Assembly: GCA_021824915.1 (NCBI GenBank)
Contig: JAKAJP010000013.1
Span: forward strand, 1,733-65,732
Reading direction: 5' to 3'
Origin: a bacterium
Lineage (GTDB): Bacteria; Patescibacteriota; Microgenomatia; UBA8517
DNA length: 64,000 nt
Part shown: positions 1 through 10,085 of the stretch, piece by piece
Numbering within the stretch: position 1 is the stretch's first letter
Layout: each line of letters begins with the position of its first letter
Notes under the pieces: model-generated
Told to the model about the DNA's origin: nothing
Seen by the model: the letters and a program-made list of their open reading frames with translations, nothing else
Databases searched by the model: none
Position numbers and translations under genes: made by a program

Positions 1-66
1 GAGGTCGTGACTTCCACGCGGGCCATTTTTCATCCGCATGACTGGAGTGGAGTGGTTTTATCCCGC
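1..66. repeat. Possible degenerate REP/IS200-IS605-end-like palindromic element, truncated by the window edge
   Basis: Imperfect GC-rich palindrome (gcggg 18-22 / cccgc 62-66) with 'ggtcgtg' and 'ttcatccgcatgact' words reminiscent of IS605-derived ends; no transposase in the window. Confidence 0.25.
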
Positions 67-74
67 TTTTCCTC

Positions 75-103
75 TTGACAAGAGTTTTTAGCCTCAGTAG
101 AAT
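75..103 (+). promoter_or_regulatory. Sigma70/SigA promoter of groES-groEL
   Basis: TTGACA (75-80) - 17 nt - TAGAAT (98-103). Confidence 0.8.
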
Positions 104-128
104 AGCACTCAGTTACCTTAATTGCTAA
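102..128. promoter_or_regulatory. CIRCE operator (HrcA site) of groESL
   Basis: ATAGCACTC-N9-AATTGCTAA vs consensus TTAGCACTC-N9-GAGTGCTAA; hrcA is in the window. Confidence 0.85.
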
Positions 129-129
129 A

Positions 130-426
130 ATGGTAAAACTTAAACTTAAACCAACCGCGGGCTATCTTCTGATTGAACCACTTGAAGCGGAAACAAAAAC
201 CGCCGGAGGAATTTATTTACCGGATACCGCCTCCGAAAAGCCTCAAAAAGGAAAAGTTTTGGCAATCGGAGCCCCAGAAATAACCGAGAAGGGCATTAAA
301 AAATCTTCTCCAGTAAAAGCTAACGATATTGTTATTTATAAAAAATGGGGAGGAAATGAAGTTAAGATCGCCGGACGCGAATATTTGTTTGTTAAATTTG
401 ACGATGTATTGGCTGTAGAAGCGTAA
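130..426 (+). CDS. groES: Co-chaperonin GroES
   Basis: KTAGGIYLPD mobile loop, GKVLAIG, KKWGGNEVK; upstream of groEL. Confidence 0.98.
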   Translation: MVKLKLKPTAGYLLIEPLEAETKTAGGIYLPDTASEKPQKGKVLAIGAPEITEKGIKKSSPVKANDIVIYKKWGGNEVKIAGREYLFVKFDDVLAVEA

Positions 427-447
427 CACATCGGTTATTCTGTATAT

Positions 448-2067
448 ATGGCAAAACAACTAAAGTTTGGAAAAGAAGCAAGACAATCGCTTCTTAAAGG
501 AATTGATACCGTTGCCAAGGCGGTGGTTACGACACTAGGTCCTAAAGGACGAAACATTGCTCTTGATAAAAAGTGGGGAGCTCCAAGTATTGTTCACGAC
601 GGTGTATCTGTTGCTAAAGAAATTGACCTTCCCGACGCCTTTGAAAACATGGGTGCTCAACTTGTGAAAGAGGCCGCGAGTAAAACCAGCGATAATGCTG
701 GCGATGGAACTACCACCTCTACACTTCTGGCGCAAGTTATGACTCAAGATGGCATGAAGAAGATTGATGCTGGTGCAAACCCCATGATTGTTAAAAAGGG
801 AATGGAAAAGGCAGTGGAAGTTGTTGTTACAGAACTTAAGAAAATGGCGAAGCCAATTAAGAACAAATCTGAAATCTCTCAAGTCGCGACGGTTTCTGCT
901 GGAGATGAAGTAATCGGAGGAAAAATTGCAGAAGCACTCGATAAGGTTGGGCGCGACGGAGTTGTAACGGTTGAAGAAGGAAAAGGTCTAACCATAGATA
1001 TTGAATATAAAGAGGGGATGGAATTTGATCGAGGGTATGCCTCGGCGTATTTTGTTACCAATCCGGACAGGATGGAAGCCGAAATTGAAAACCCCTACAT
1101 ACTTTTGACAGATAAAAAGGTTTCTTCCATTCAAGACCTACTTCCTTTCTTGGAAAAATTTGTAAAGGTCAGTAAAAATTTAGTGATTATTGCTGATGAA
1201 ATCGAGGGAGAAGCTCTTGCCACACTTGTAGTTAATAGGCTTAAGGGAACAATAAATATTTTAGCCATAAAAGCTCCGGGTTTCGGCGACAGGCGTAAAG
1301 AGATGCTTGAAGACATCGCGGTTCTAACGGGCGGAACTGTGATTAGTGAAGATACCGGCCGAACTTTTGAATCGATTGATGTGGCTGATCTGGGTACGGC
1401 AGACAAAGTTTGGACGGATAAAGATAACACCAGAATTATTGGTGGCAAAGGTGATAAGAAAGCAATTGCTGATAGGGTTGAGGCTATCAAAAAACAAATC
1501 AAGGTAAGCGACTCCGATTTTGATAAAGAAAAATTTGAGGAAAGACTTGCTAAACTCTCTGGGGGCGTGGCGGTCATAAATGTTGGGGCTGCAACGGAGG
1601 TTGAAATGAACGACAAGAAAGAAAGAGTCAAGGACGCAGTGGGAGCGACAAAGGCAGCAATTGAGGAAGGAATTGTCCCCGGAGGAGAAACGGCGCTCTT
1701 GAGAGCCAGAGAAGCTACGAAAAAAGTTAAGGTCGAAAAGGGAGATGAAAAAATAGGGGTAGATATTATTTATGCAGCTCTCGAAGAACCCATTAAGTGG
1801 CTTGCTAAAAATGCCGGAGATGATGAGGTTTTGGTGTTAAAGAAAGTTTTAGCGTCCAAAGATTTTGACTTTGGTTATAACGCTTTGACGGGAGATTTTG
1901 GTTCGATGACCAAGATGGGAATAATCGATCCTGTAAAAGTAACCAGAAGCGCGCTTCAAAATGCCGCGAGCGTTGCTGAAATGGTTTTGACTACAGAGGG
2001 GCTTGTGACCGATATCCCCGAACCAAAGAAAGAGCCGACAATGCCACCCGGGGGAATGGATTATTAA
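448..2067 (+). CDS. groEL: Chaperonin GroEL
   Basis: [28 protein letters not shown] tail. Confidence 0.99.
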   Translation: MAKQLKFGKEARQSLLKGIDTVAKAVVTTLGPKGRNIALDKKWGAPSIVHDGVSVAKEIDLPDAFENMGAQLVKEAASKTSDNAGDGTTTSTLLAQVMTQDGMKKIDAGANPMIVKKGMEKAVEVVVTELKKMAKPIKNKSEISQVATVSAGDEVIGGKIAEALDKVGRDGVVTVEEGKGLTIDIEYKEGMEFDRGYASAYFVTNPDRMEAEIENPYILLTDKKVSSIQDLLPFLEKFVKVSKNLVIIADEIEGEALATLVVNRLKGTINILAIKAPGFGDRRKEMLEDIAVLTGGTVISEDTGRTFESIDVADLGTADKVWTDKDNTRIIGGKGDKKAIADRVEAIKKQIKVSDSDFDKEKFEERLAKLSGGVAVINVGAATEVEMNDKKERVKDAVGATKAAIEEGIVPGGETALLRAREATKKVKVEKGDEKIGVDIIYAALEEPIKWLAKNAGDDEVLVLKKVLASKDFDFGYNALTGDFGSMTKMGIIDPVKVTRSALQNAASVAEMVLTTEGLVTDIPEPKKEPTMPPGGMDY

Positions 2068-2081
2068 GATATAATTACTTC

Positions 2082-2675
2082 ATGTGGCGTGAAGCCGAAG
2101 ATTTTCTCCTAAAAGATAAACATATTGGCCCTTTAGTTAAAAAGTGGGGGCATTGCACAATTAAATTTAGGCCACACAAGGATTACTTTGAACATATTTG
2201 TGGCAACATCATTGGTCAGCAATTATCCGGCAAGGTTGCGGATGTAATTGAGGAAAGATTCAAAAAAGCCGTTGGGAAGGTTACCCCGGAAAATGTGTTG
2301 AAAACTCCCGATCAAAAGCTTCGCGATTGTGGGATGAGCTGGGGAAAGGTCTCCTTTCTTAAGGACCTAGCTCTGAAAACTAAGACTGGACAGCTAGAAA
2401 CTAAAAAACTAGCAGATCTTTCGGACGAAGAGGCAATAGAAGAGCTTGTGGCGGTAAAAGGTATAGGCCGATGGACGGCTGAAATGTTTTTAATGTTTTC
2501 TTTGGCCCGTCCGGATGTTTTCCCGGTTGATGATTTGGGGATCAGAAAAGGTTTTGAAAAAGTGACAGAGCAAAAGTTTGATAAAGTCAATTCCGCAAAA
2601 TTTGCTCAAGGACATTGGGCTCCTTTCCGGACCGTGGCTTCGTGGTACCTTTGGCGAAGTCTTGAAAACCAGTAG
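2082..2675 (+). CDS. DNA-3-methyladenine glycosylase II (HhH-GPD, AlkA-like)
   Basis: IIGQQLS, VKGIGRWTAEMFLMF, VFPVDDLG, WAPFRTVASWYLW. Confidence 0.93.
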   Translation: MWREAEDFLLKDKHIGPLVKKWGHCTIKFRPHKDYFEHICGNIIGQQLSGKVADVIEERFKKAVGKVTPENVLKTPDQKLRDCGMSWGKVSFLKDLALKTKTGQLETKKLADLSDEEAIEELVAVKGIGRWTAEMFLMFSLARPDVFPVDDLGIRKGFEKVTEQKFDKVNSAKFAQGHWAPFRTVASWYLWRSLENQ

Positions 2676-2695
2676 TAATGTGCTACATTAGCCTC

Positions 2696-3121
2696 ATGGC
2701 AGAGAGAAAAGAAACCATGGAAAAGTTCGGAGTCATTTTTGCTATTTGGGATGGAAAGAGTATTCAGTTGGAAAAAAGGCTTAAACTTGGTAGTAAATTC
2801 TTTGGTCTAACAATTGTTCCGGGTGGCGGTGTGGAAACGGGTGAAACATATCAGATGGCGATGAAGCGTGAAGTTTCGGAAGAATATGGCGTCAAGGCGA
2901 CAGAGTTTGAACCGATCGGGGTGGTTCGTGACGTCGAGGAGGGTGGAATTATGAATATAAGGCATGTGTTTTTAGTTACAAAATGGGAGGGGCGGTTGTC
3001 AAATCCGGAAAGAGTTAAAAGTAAGCACTTAAAAGCCACCATAGAAGAGGCTAGGGTCTTATGCACACACCCCATTTCCCAAAGAATACTAAATTTAGTT
3101 GAGGTAAACCTTAAAGGCTAG
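2696..3121 (+). CDS. NUDIX hydrolase
   Basis: Nudix box GGGVETGETYQMAMKREVSEEYG; start moved to ATG 2696, 6 nt after TG-c-TACATT. Confidence 0.85.
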   Translation: MAERKETMEKFGVIFAIWDGKSIQLEKRLKLGSKFFGLTIVPGGGVETGETYQMAMKREVSEEYGVKATEFEPIGVVRDVEEGGIMNIRHVFLVTKWEGRLSNPERVKSKHLKATIEEARVLCTHPISQRILNLVEVNLKG

Positions 3122-3812
3122 CCAAGTTACTTGGGGCAATGTAATTTAGAGGATTTTGTGGCAAACCAAAAATACGGACCTCGAGGTGTAAGTGGGGGCC
3201 TGTTGTATGTCCGGTAACACCAACAAGACCTATAGTTGTATTTAGATTTACTTTATCTCCTTCCTTAACATTAATTTTTGAAAGATGAGCATATCTTGTA
3301 GTCATACCATGGCCGTGCTCGATCAAAATTGTCTTTCCATAGCCGTCATTTTCATAGCCGGCTTGAATTACGACACCGTCCTTCATGGGTTTGACTGGGT
3401 CACCAATACTGGCCCCCAAGTCAACTCCGGGATGGAAGAAGCTAAATCCCTGATTAAGTCTAAAGCGGGCAAGAGGGTTTTGGACGCTCTTCTCGGTTGT
3501 TAGCGTGTTTTGAACCTGGATAACGGGTTCATCAGTTGCGCCTTGGGCCAGAACGCTATTTTGAGGGACAAGAGAGGTGGCGATTACCACAAACGTGAAG
3601 CTTCCCCCAAGCACTTTCTTTATGTTTTTATGCTCAAAAATGTGCCTAAAGTAGCGACTTAAGAGGTTTCCTTTTCGATATTTTTTCTTAACATCAGCCA
3701 CGCTCGGCACCAAAGCCTCGTCAAATATTGATTTTCGCTTCTTCACCGCACGAAAGTGCAAAAGTAAGCGATACCTAGGCAGCTCGATTGCTAGTTTTTG
3801 CATATGTCCCAA
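3111..3812 (-). CDS. M23 family metallopeptidase (peptidoglycan endopeptidase); start uncertain
   Basis: HPGVDL, GYGKTILIEH, YAHLS, TGHTTGPHLHLEV. Confidence 0.92.
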   Translation of the reverse strand: MGHMQKLAIELPRYRLLLHFRAVKKRKSIFDEALVPSVADVKKKYRKGNLLSRYFRHIFEHKNIKKVLGGSFTFVVIATSLVPQNSVLAQGATDEPVIQVQNTLTTEKSVQNPLARFRLNQGFSFFHPGVDLGASIGDPVKPMKDGVVIQAGYENDGYGKTILIEHGHGMTTRYAHLSKINVKEGDKVNLNTTIGLVGVTGHTTGPHLHLEVRIFGLPQNPLNYIAPSNLASL

Positions 3813-3828
3813 GCTTGGCTTGGGCCAG

Positions 3829-3851
3829 AAAAAATCCCGCCTGAAGCGGGA
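3829..3851 (-). terminator. Intrinsic terminator-like hairpin upstream of the M23 gene
   Basis: Minus strand TCCCGC-ttcag-GCGGGA followed by TTTTTT. Confidence 0.7.
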
Positions 3852-3860
3852 CGAGCCGCA

Positions 3861-3890
3861 ATTTTAGCCTATGAAAAGCAGAAAAGTCAA
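3861..3890 (-). promoter_or_regulatory. Putative sigma70 promoter upstream of the M23 gene
   Basis: Minus strand TTGACT (3890-3885) - 18 nt - TAAAAT (3866-3861). Confidence 0.5.
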
Positions 3891-3902
3891 ATTTCGGCGA
3901 AG

Positions 3903-4313
3903 TTAAAAGCTTATCTTGAAGTCTATGCCGGGCGGTTGAAGAGGGGCCTGAGTAACATCTAAATTCGTAATCTGGTCCTTAATTTTGCCCAAGGTCATCT
4001 GGATTTGTTGTAGTTGGTCCGGTGTGGAGGGAACGGAAGTTGCCTGATTTTGTGATTGTGTAGGACTTGGTTTGGTTGTACTTATCGCCATTTGTCTTTT
4101 TCCAAAAATAAGGCCAAGGATTAAGATAAGAAAAATTGCGCCGGCCGCTCCGGTAACGGGCCAGAATATTTTTTTATTTTCATAAAATTTGGCAAACAAG
4201 TTCTTGATGGGGGTTGGAATTTTTTCAAGAAGTTTGCCGAATTTAGATGCCGGTACTATCGGCTCCGTGGGGGTTTGGGTTGGCTCCTGACTTATGGTTT
4301 GATCTTCAATCAT
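3903..4313 (-). CDS. Single-TM hypothetical protein with P/T/S-rich linker
   Basis: One hydrophobic helix (IFWPVTGAAGAIFLILILGLIF); ATGA overlap with the upstream gene. Confidence 0.75.
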   Translation of the reverse strand: MIEDQTISQEPTQTPTEPIVPASKFGKLLEKIPTPIKNLFAKFYENKKIFWPVTGAAGAIFLILILGLIFGKRQMAISTTKPSPTQSQNQATSVPSTPDQLQQIQMTLGKIKDQITNLDVTQAPLQPPGIDFKISF

Positions 4314-5131
4314 TTTGTTTGGTTTTGGATGGAGGTGGTCACTTCCACCAAAAATCTGTTAAGTTGGCTAAGCAAATCAATCGAGGAGTTTAAGGGGTCG
4401 ATGCTTGCATTAAATGTGCTTGTTGGTTGTATATAATTTTGGTCATACATTTTTTGGATAGACTTTCTTGCCTTGTCCTCGTTTTGGTTAAGTTCCTGGA
4501 TCACGCTTTCTATATCAGTAAACCATCGGTTGAACGGGTTAATGTCATATTTTCCAGCCGCCACATCTTGATCAATTATAGATCTTAGATTTTTGTAAAT
4601 ATCCTCTTGGGCTGTCCTAAGACCCTGTTCGGTTCCCAGACTAACATAAAAAAGAGCCTCGTAGGAGATGGGGGATGTATTTGTTTTGTATCTACTTTCT
4701 GATTCACTTGACTTGCCAAACAGGTTTTCAAGAGGGTCGTTATCCAGATAGTTTTTTTCATGGTCTTGGTACCAGGCGACCTCAGCATCAATTTTTCCAA
4801 AAATATTATTTTTATCATCACTGTCTAGGCCTTGAGTTTCTACAATCTTCATCCGCAAGGCCGTGAGATAGACTTTCATTAATTCGTCCCGGTTTCGTAG
4901 CATTGTGAGTGTTTTCTTTCGCGCATCCTCCTTAAGGGTCAGGGTTGGGTTTTTAAGATAGAAATCGCGGGCATCTTGGTAATCCGCAAAAGACTGGTTA
5001 TATACGCTTAGTGTGTATTGATAATCCTGGTAAGCTTTCGCAAAGTCAAAAGTTTGGGCATGGGCAAGTTGAATTGATATGCCAGACAGGGCAATGAGTA
5101 AGATAATTATGATTAAGGCAGTTTTTCGCAT
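4310..5131 (-). CDS. Secreted helical hypothetical protein
   Basis: Signal peptide MRKTALIIIILLIALSGISIQLAHA; start at 5131 because the longer ORF runs through tRNA-Cys. Confidence 0.8.
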   Translation of the reverse strand: MRKTALIIIILLIALSGISIQLAHAQTFDFAKAYQDYQYTLSVYNQSFADYQDARDFYLKNPTLTLKEDARKKTLTMLRNRDELMKVYLTALRMKIVETQGLDSDDKNNIFGKIDAEVAWYQDHEKNYLDNDPLENLFGKSSESESRYKTNTSPISYEALFYVSLGTEQGLRTAQEDIYKNLRSIIDQDVAAGKYDINPFNRWFTDIESVIQELNQNEDKARKSIQKMYDQNYIQPTSTFNASIDPLNSSIDLLSQLNRFLVEVTTSIQNQTK

Positions 5132-5136
5132 CTTAG

Positions 5137-5208
5137 AGGCCAGAGCGGGAATCGAACCCGCGCATGGCGGTTTTGCAGACCGCAGCGTTTCCACTTCGCC
5201 ATCTGGCC
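5137..5208 (-). tRNA. tRNA-Cys (GCA); CCA not encoded
   Basis: GGCCAGA/TCTGGCC acceptor stem, GCGGT-CTGCAAA-ACCGC anticodon arm, GCGGG-TTCGATT-CCCGC T arm, discriminator U followed by CTA. Confidence 0.97.
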
Positions 5209-5275
5209 GGACTCGATCCTATTTTAACATTACCCTGCTTTGCCGTAAAATGTGCTACACTCGTCGCGTTATAGT

Positions 5276-6172
5276 ATGAAGGTTCTTAGAACGATTTTAA
5301 TCTCTGTTGCCCTGGTTGTCCTGATTTCGGGGTCGGCCCTCTTTCTGATAGGTATTTTGCGCCCTAAACCGGCGGGTATTAGCGTTCAAACATCCATTCC
5401 GACCGCCGTCTATATCGATGGAAATTTTGTTGGTAGGAGCCCATTGGACATTTCTTTTAAGTCCGAGGATGTCGATCTAAAACTGGTTCCTTTGGATACT
5501 AGTAAAAACTATTTCCCTTTTGAGACTAGAGTTATGCTTACGGGAGGGGTAAAGACAATTGTTAGAAGGAATTTTGCCGAAACGTTGGAAGAATCTTCAG
5601 GCGAAATTGTTTCTTTTGATAAAGATACGGTTGGGACGGCATCGCTTGTAGTGATTTCAATTCCGGAAAATGCGCAAGTTAATGTTGACGCGATTTCTAA
5701 AGGCTTTTCTCCGGTAAAGACACCAATTTCCCCGGGCAATCATCAGTTGATAGTAAAATCACCCGGCTACTCAGACAGGTCTTTATCTATAAATGCTGTT
5801 TCGGGTTATAAATTAACGGTTTCAGTACAACTTGCAAAACTTGCCGTTACACCCCAGGCGTCTCCTACCCCGACACCGAAGGTTCAAGTTTTTGTTGAAA
5901 TTTTACAAACACCGACTGGGTACTTGCGGGTGCGGACGCAGCCCGGGACAAATGGGAATGAAATAGATCAGGTCAAACCGGGGAGTAAGTATTTACTACT
6001 GAGCGAGGATGCGGTAACCCATTGGTACAAAATCCAACTGGAGCCACCCGCACCGGGTTTACCCGAAGGTAGAACTGGTTGGATATCAAACGATTTTGCC
6101 AAGAAAGTTGACCAGAGCGATAATCCAATTGCCACTCCGTCGGCCACCCCATTAAGTTTGCCTACACCCTAA
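5276..6172 (+). CDS. Membrane-anchored PEGA-domain + SH3b-like protein
   Basis: N-terminal TM; two PEGA-like repeats (SIPTAVYIDG..VGRSP, SIPENAQVNVD..GFSP); LRVRTQPG...WYKI...GWIS; PT-rich linkers. Confidence 0.8.
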   Translation: MKVLRTILISVALVVLISGSALFLIGILRPKPAGISVQTSIPTAVYIDGNFVGRSPLDISFKSEDVDLKLVPLDTSKNYFPFETRVMLTGGVKTIVRRNFAETLEESSGEIVSFDKDTVGTASLVVISIPENAQVNVDAISKGFSPVKTPISPGNHQLIVKSPGYSDRSLSINAVSGYKLTVSVQLAKLAVTPQASPTPTPKVQVFVEILQTPTGYLRVRTQPGTNGNEIDQVKPGSKYLLLSEDAVTHWYKIQLEPPAPGLPEGRTGWISNDFAKKVDQSDNPIATPSATPLSLPTP

Positions 6173-7140
6173 ATGCCGGCAGTGGATGCGCCGCTATAAA
6201 TAACCCAGAATACTATGACTAACCACAAGAAGATGGCAAAAAGAAGTGCGCCATCAGTTAGGAGGACTTTTTCAGGGGCTTCAGATTCACCTTCAAAAAT
6301 GAGGCTTTCGTAGCGCATAATTCCATAGATAACAACAGGAATTGTAAGCATTAAAAGCTTATCTATTGTTGTGGTCTTACTTAGCTCGGCTAAAAGTAGC
6401 CAAAGTGGGAGAGACGCCTTCGGGCTTTCGAAGAATGTGAAGAGCGACCAGCTCATCCATGCCGCATTTCCAAACATAGTTACATAGGAGTTTAGGAGCT
6501 CTCTTTTATATTTCATCAGGCTTTCACGGGTCACCCCGCTCCCGATACGTAAAATATTAAGTTCGGCTCTCCTTTTTCCTGAGGCCAAGAAAAGAGCGAC
6601 GGAGATAACACAGAGTAGAAACCACACAGATAAGTGTGCGTTGATCACAAAAGCTCCGGCATAGATTCGCATAATAAACCCGGAAGCAATTATAAGGATA
6701 TCCAGAGTCGGAACTTTTTTAAGACCGAGGCTGTAGAGGATTTGTATAACCAGGTAACCAAAAACGATTAAGAAAAATATCGAATTCAAACTTGCGCTTA
6801 ATACAAGTGAGGTGGTTGCCAAAACAATCGCCTCAATCATTGCCAGCCAAACCGGTAGAGCTCCGGAAGCAATTGGACGGTACTTTTTAATCGGATGGAG
6901 TCTGTCAAGTTTTGCATCGAGAATGTCATTTATGATGTAGGCCGCCGAGGTAATTAGATTGAAAGCAATAAATCCCCAAACCACGGCGGCAAACATTCCC
7001 TTTTCAAATAAAAGTCCAGAGAGAAGAATTGCGGCGAAGAGAGAAAGATTTTTAACCCAATGAACAGGTCTAGCGACTGTTATCATCGCGATGAAGATCG
7101 AATTTCTTAGCTTCTGTTTTTGGGTTGGTACGTTAGCCAC
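6169..7140 (-). CDS. UbiA-family prenyltransferase, decaprenyl-phosphate phosphoribosyltransferase-like
   Basis: RPVHWVKN, YIINDILDAKLDRLHPIKKYRPIASG, GKRRAEL; multi-TM. Confidence 0.85.
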   Translation of the reverse strand: MANVPTQKQKLRNSIFIAMITVARPVHWVKNLSLFAAILLSGLLFEKGMFAAVVWGFIAFNLITSAAYIINDILDAKLDRLHPIKKYRPIASGALPVWLAMIEAIVLATTSLVLSASLNSIFFLIVFGYLVIQILYSLGLKKVPTLDILIIASGFIMRIYAGAFVINAHLSVWFLLCVISVALFLASGKRRAELNILRIGSGVTRESLMKYKRELLNSYVTMFGNAAWMSWSLFTFFESPKASLPLWLLLAELSKTTTIDKLLMLTIPVVIYGIMRYESLIFEGESEAPEKVLLTDGALLFAIFLWLVIVFWVIYSGASTAGI

Positions 7141-8183
7141 AAGATTAAACCTCCGAGAGCGAAAGCTACACCGATCATTGTATAAACTTTGGCTCCTGTA
7201 TTCAAATTAAGTGCCAATATTCCCATTAATGCCGTAACTATCCAATAAAATATGGCAACTTGGTTTTTGGTTAAACCTGACTTAAGGAGTTTATGATGTA
7301 AATGACCCGCATCTCCCCAGACAGGGGATTTTCCGGCCAAAACCCTTCTGATTATTGTATACCCGGTATCAATTAATGGAACACTTAAGACAACAATTAA
7401 AGTACCGACTTTTGTTGTCGAAAGTATGGAAAGGACTGCTAGTAAGTATCCAGCGAGAGTTCCTCCACCATAACCCGGCATTATTTTTTGTGGGAAGATG
7501 TGCCAAGGTAAAAATCCGAGGTATGCTCCGGCCGTTATTCCTGCCAAAATTATGACCGGCCACTGAGTAATATCAGCAGAAAACTTTAGAGAGAGGGCCG
7601 CAATAGTTAAACCGGATATTACCGCAACACCACTAAGTTGTCCGTCGACACCTTTTGCACCCATGTTTATCACATTCATTAGAAAGGTTATCCAGACAAG
7701 GGCAAAGAGATCGCTTAAAATCCAGATGCTGTGATGAGTACCAAAAAGAGAAAAATTTATCTGCGGCTGGCTCAAATTGATTATTCCCCCCAAAGGACTG
7801 CTTATAAAAGCAATTCCAATTCCACCTAAAATCGGGGCCGCGGCAGCAACGAAACCCAACATGAGTCTAAGGTATGGATTTAAGTTGTATTTATCATCAA
7901 GGAAACCCATGATGGTTAATATCAACGCTCCAATTAAGATTCCTGCCACAGGTTTGTCCAAAGGTAAAAAAATTAACGAGGAAGTAAGAAGGGCGATAAA
8001 TATTGGGATTCCGCCACCACGCGGGGTCGGATATGTATGAATTACTTTGGGCGCTTTATGTTTTTTGGGGTAGTCAACTATCCCCAGTTTTTTTGCAAAC
8101 TTAATAACAACAGGTGTTATTGCAAAAGAAACGATGGCCCCGATCAATAAAGGTAGAAACAGAAGATTTTTAAATTGATCCAT
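7107..8183 (-). CDS. Polyprenyl-phosphate HexNAc-1-phosphate transferase (WecA/TagO, MraY family)
   Basis: PTPRGGG, GFLDDK, KGVDG, KIMPGYGG, DAGHLHHKLL. Confidence 0.88.
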   Translation of the reverse strand: MDQFKNLLFLPLLIGAIVSFAITPVVIKFAKKLGIVDYPKKHKAPKVIHTYPTPRGGGIPIFIALLTSSLIFLPLDKPVAGILIGALILTIMGFLDDKYNLNPYLRLMLGFVAAAAPILGGIGIAFISSPLGGIINLSQPQINFSLFGTHHSIWILSDLFALVWITFLMNVINMGAKGVDGQLSGVAVISGLTIAALSLKFSADITQWPVIILAGITAGAYLGFLPWHIFPQKIMPGYGGGTLAGYLLAVLSILSTTKVGTLIVVLSVPLIDTGYTIIRRVLAGKSPVWGDAGHLHHKLLKSGLTKNQVAIFYWIVTALMGILALNLNTGAKVYTMIGVAFALGGLILWLTYQPKNRS

Positions 8184-8186
8184 GAT

Positions 8187-8546
8187 TTAGAAAAAGCCGA
8201 CGAGGGTAATTATTTTGACCAAGGTTATAGCAATCAAAAGTGTTGCAAAGAGCGATGAAAGAATTAATATTTTTTTGACAAAGACGTCCTTAAAAACAAA
8301 ACTTAGCAGGGTGTTGAAGCATGTTATCGAAAGAGCCGCTGCTGGGGCAATTAGAAATCCGGTAATAGTGGTTAGCTCTGCCTCTCCCACCGGTTTTCCG
8401 TAAAAAAGAGGTAGTTTTGGCGGCAGGTTTCCCCGAAGGACTAAAATTCCCACAGCCAAGGTTATTGATGTGGCGGCGGAGATGTAAATGCTTTCTTTTA
8501 AGGGAGTTTCCTCCCAAAGCGATCTAAGTTTACTGTTTAGCGGCAT
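8187..8546 (-). CDS. Small 3-TM membrane protein (DUF1648-like)
   Basis: LPPKLPLFY motif and three hydrophobic helices; ATG 8546 lies 7 nt after TACAAT. Confidence 0.65.
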   Translation of the reverse strand: MPLNSKLRSLWEETPLKESIYISAATSITLAVGILVLRGNLPPKLPLFYGKPVGEAELTTITGFLIAPAAALSITCFNTLLSFVFKDVFVKKILILSSLFATLLIAITLVKIITLVGFF

Positions 8547-10053
8547 TTCCCGAATTGTACACCTTTGAAAATATTTCAGCGTTACCAACCTGCATAACCA
8601 AGATGTAGTTTTCTTTTATAAGATCTGAAATCTGTGGAATAGACATCGCTGATGTAACGATGATGAATTTGGGCGGATTTTTGGTAAGTTCGGCCGCGAT
8701 GTTGTTCACGCTTGAGTAGTCGTTAACGTGATAGGGGACAACAAATTTAACCCCCGGAAGCCTTCTGGCAAGTGCATAAACGGTCGGAGAATCGGGATCC
8801 CACATAAAAACCCGCTGGTTGGGAGTACTTGATTTAGTAAGAAAGTCTGCAATTTCATAATTTCTTGGTGTTGTCATGGAAAACTCTGAAAAATATTGCA
8901 TCTTAGTGATCTTTCCCGTAGCGAAGTTTATAAACCTCAAATAATAGGGAGTTATTGGATATAGCCAGAACTTGTAGTAAAAGGGGACGAAGAAGGCCAA
9001 AGTCAGGGGAATTATCGAAAAGACCTGCTCGATTGATTTATCTGTGAAGAGAGTTGCTAAAAGAAGTGATATTGGGGCGACCCCCTGTAAAAAGTAATGA
9101 GGATAAGGTCGTTCCGAGAGTGTAATTGCAAAAAGCACGAAAAGTACCCAGCAACACATAAATATAAAATTTTTGCTGATCTTTTTGCGGGCTAAGGTAA
9201 TTACTATTAAACCCGCCAGTACAATTAGACCCCTAATAAGGAGTGGCGCATTTCTCTCCAAGAATGGCTTTTGGACATCCCCAGGTCGATAACTACTTAG
9301 GTACCCAATGTTTTGCAGAAATGCAGCTTTTATATAAGCAGCCAAATCACCTTGAAAATAAAACCAAGCGAGGGAAATCGCGATCGGGATTAAAAATCCT
9401 ACTACCACAAAGAACGAATCTCTTATTAATGTTTTGATCTTTCCTTTTTCGAACTCGGAGGTAATTAGCCAGTAAACCATAATGACCGGCAATTCAAACG
9501 CCGCTGGAACTTTGTACAAGGTTGCTATCCCAAATAAAACCCCCGAAAGTAATAAATTTATAACTTTTTTACTCTTTGTTAAGAGTATATAGAAAGCAAA
9601 GAGGGTCGGAAGCATCATAAATCCCTCTGCGTTTGCCGTTCCACCCTCAAGGAGTGGAAGAGTTGTGAGGAGGGCAAAAGTGATTGTCGCTATTTTTTGG
9701 AACTTGGAATTTTTGGCAAATAATGATTCGGCAATCCTATATAAAATTACAATCGAAATAATGTCGGATAGCGCGAGCGCAGCTTTGAACCAGAACAGAC
9801 TTCCCGCAGCCGCGGCCGTTAGGTAGAGAAGAGGTGGTTTATTGTCATATATTCCGGAATAGAGATGGATTCCCTGTCTGACACCTTGTCCAAGTGTCAG
9901 GTAGATCATTTCATCACCGTAATTGTATGGTTCGAAAAAAGTCGGAATTCTTAAAATTAAAACTAAGGCCAAAACTCCAATGAGCCAGTTGGGCAAATCG
10001 GGGAGATGTAATACATCACCAATTTTATGGAGAGTATTCCAGAAAGACTTCAT
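8530..10053 (-). CDS. GT-C fold glycosyltransferase (ArnT/PMT_2-like)
   Basis: GDEMIY...LYSGIYDNKPPLLY loop, ANAE, YPHYFLQ; many TMs. Confidence 0.8.
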   Translation of the reverse strand: MKSFWNTLHKIGDVLHLPDLPNWLIGVLALVLILRIPTFFEPYNYGDEMIYLTLGQGVRQGIHLYSGIYDNKPPLLYLTAAAAGSLFWFKAALALSDIISIVILYRIAESLFAKNSKFQKIATITFALLTTLPLLEGGTANAEGFMMLPTLFAFYILLTKSKKVINLLLSGVLFGIATLYKVPAAFELPVIMVYWLITSEFEKGKIKTLIRDSFFVVVGFLIPIAISLAWFYFQGDLAAYIKAAFLQNIGYLSSYRPGDVQKPFLERNAPLLIRGLIVLAGLIVITLARKKISKNFIFMCCWVLFVLFAITLSERPYPHYFLQGVAPISLLLATLFTDKSIEQVFSIIPLTLAFFVPFYYKFWLYPITPYYLRFINFATGKITKMQYFSEFSMTTPRNYEIADFLTKSSTPNQRVFMWDPDSPTVYALARRLPGVKFVVPYHVNDYSSVNNIAAELTKNPPKFIIVTSAMSIPQISDLIKENYILVMQVGNAEIFSKVYNSGNAAKQ

Positions 10054-10085
10054 GGCAGTATCAGTTTAGGATATAATCAGCACAT

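Noticed and set aside
1-66. Active insertion sequence at the window start
   Set aside because: Only a degenerate palindrome cut by the edge; no transposase visible
5132-5279. N-terminal extension of the 4310 ORF and the 5079+ ORF
   Set aside because: They read through tRNA-Cys
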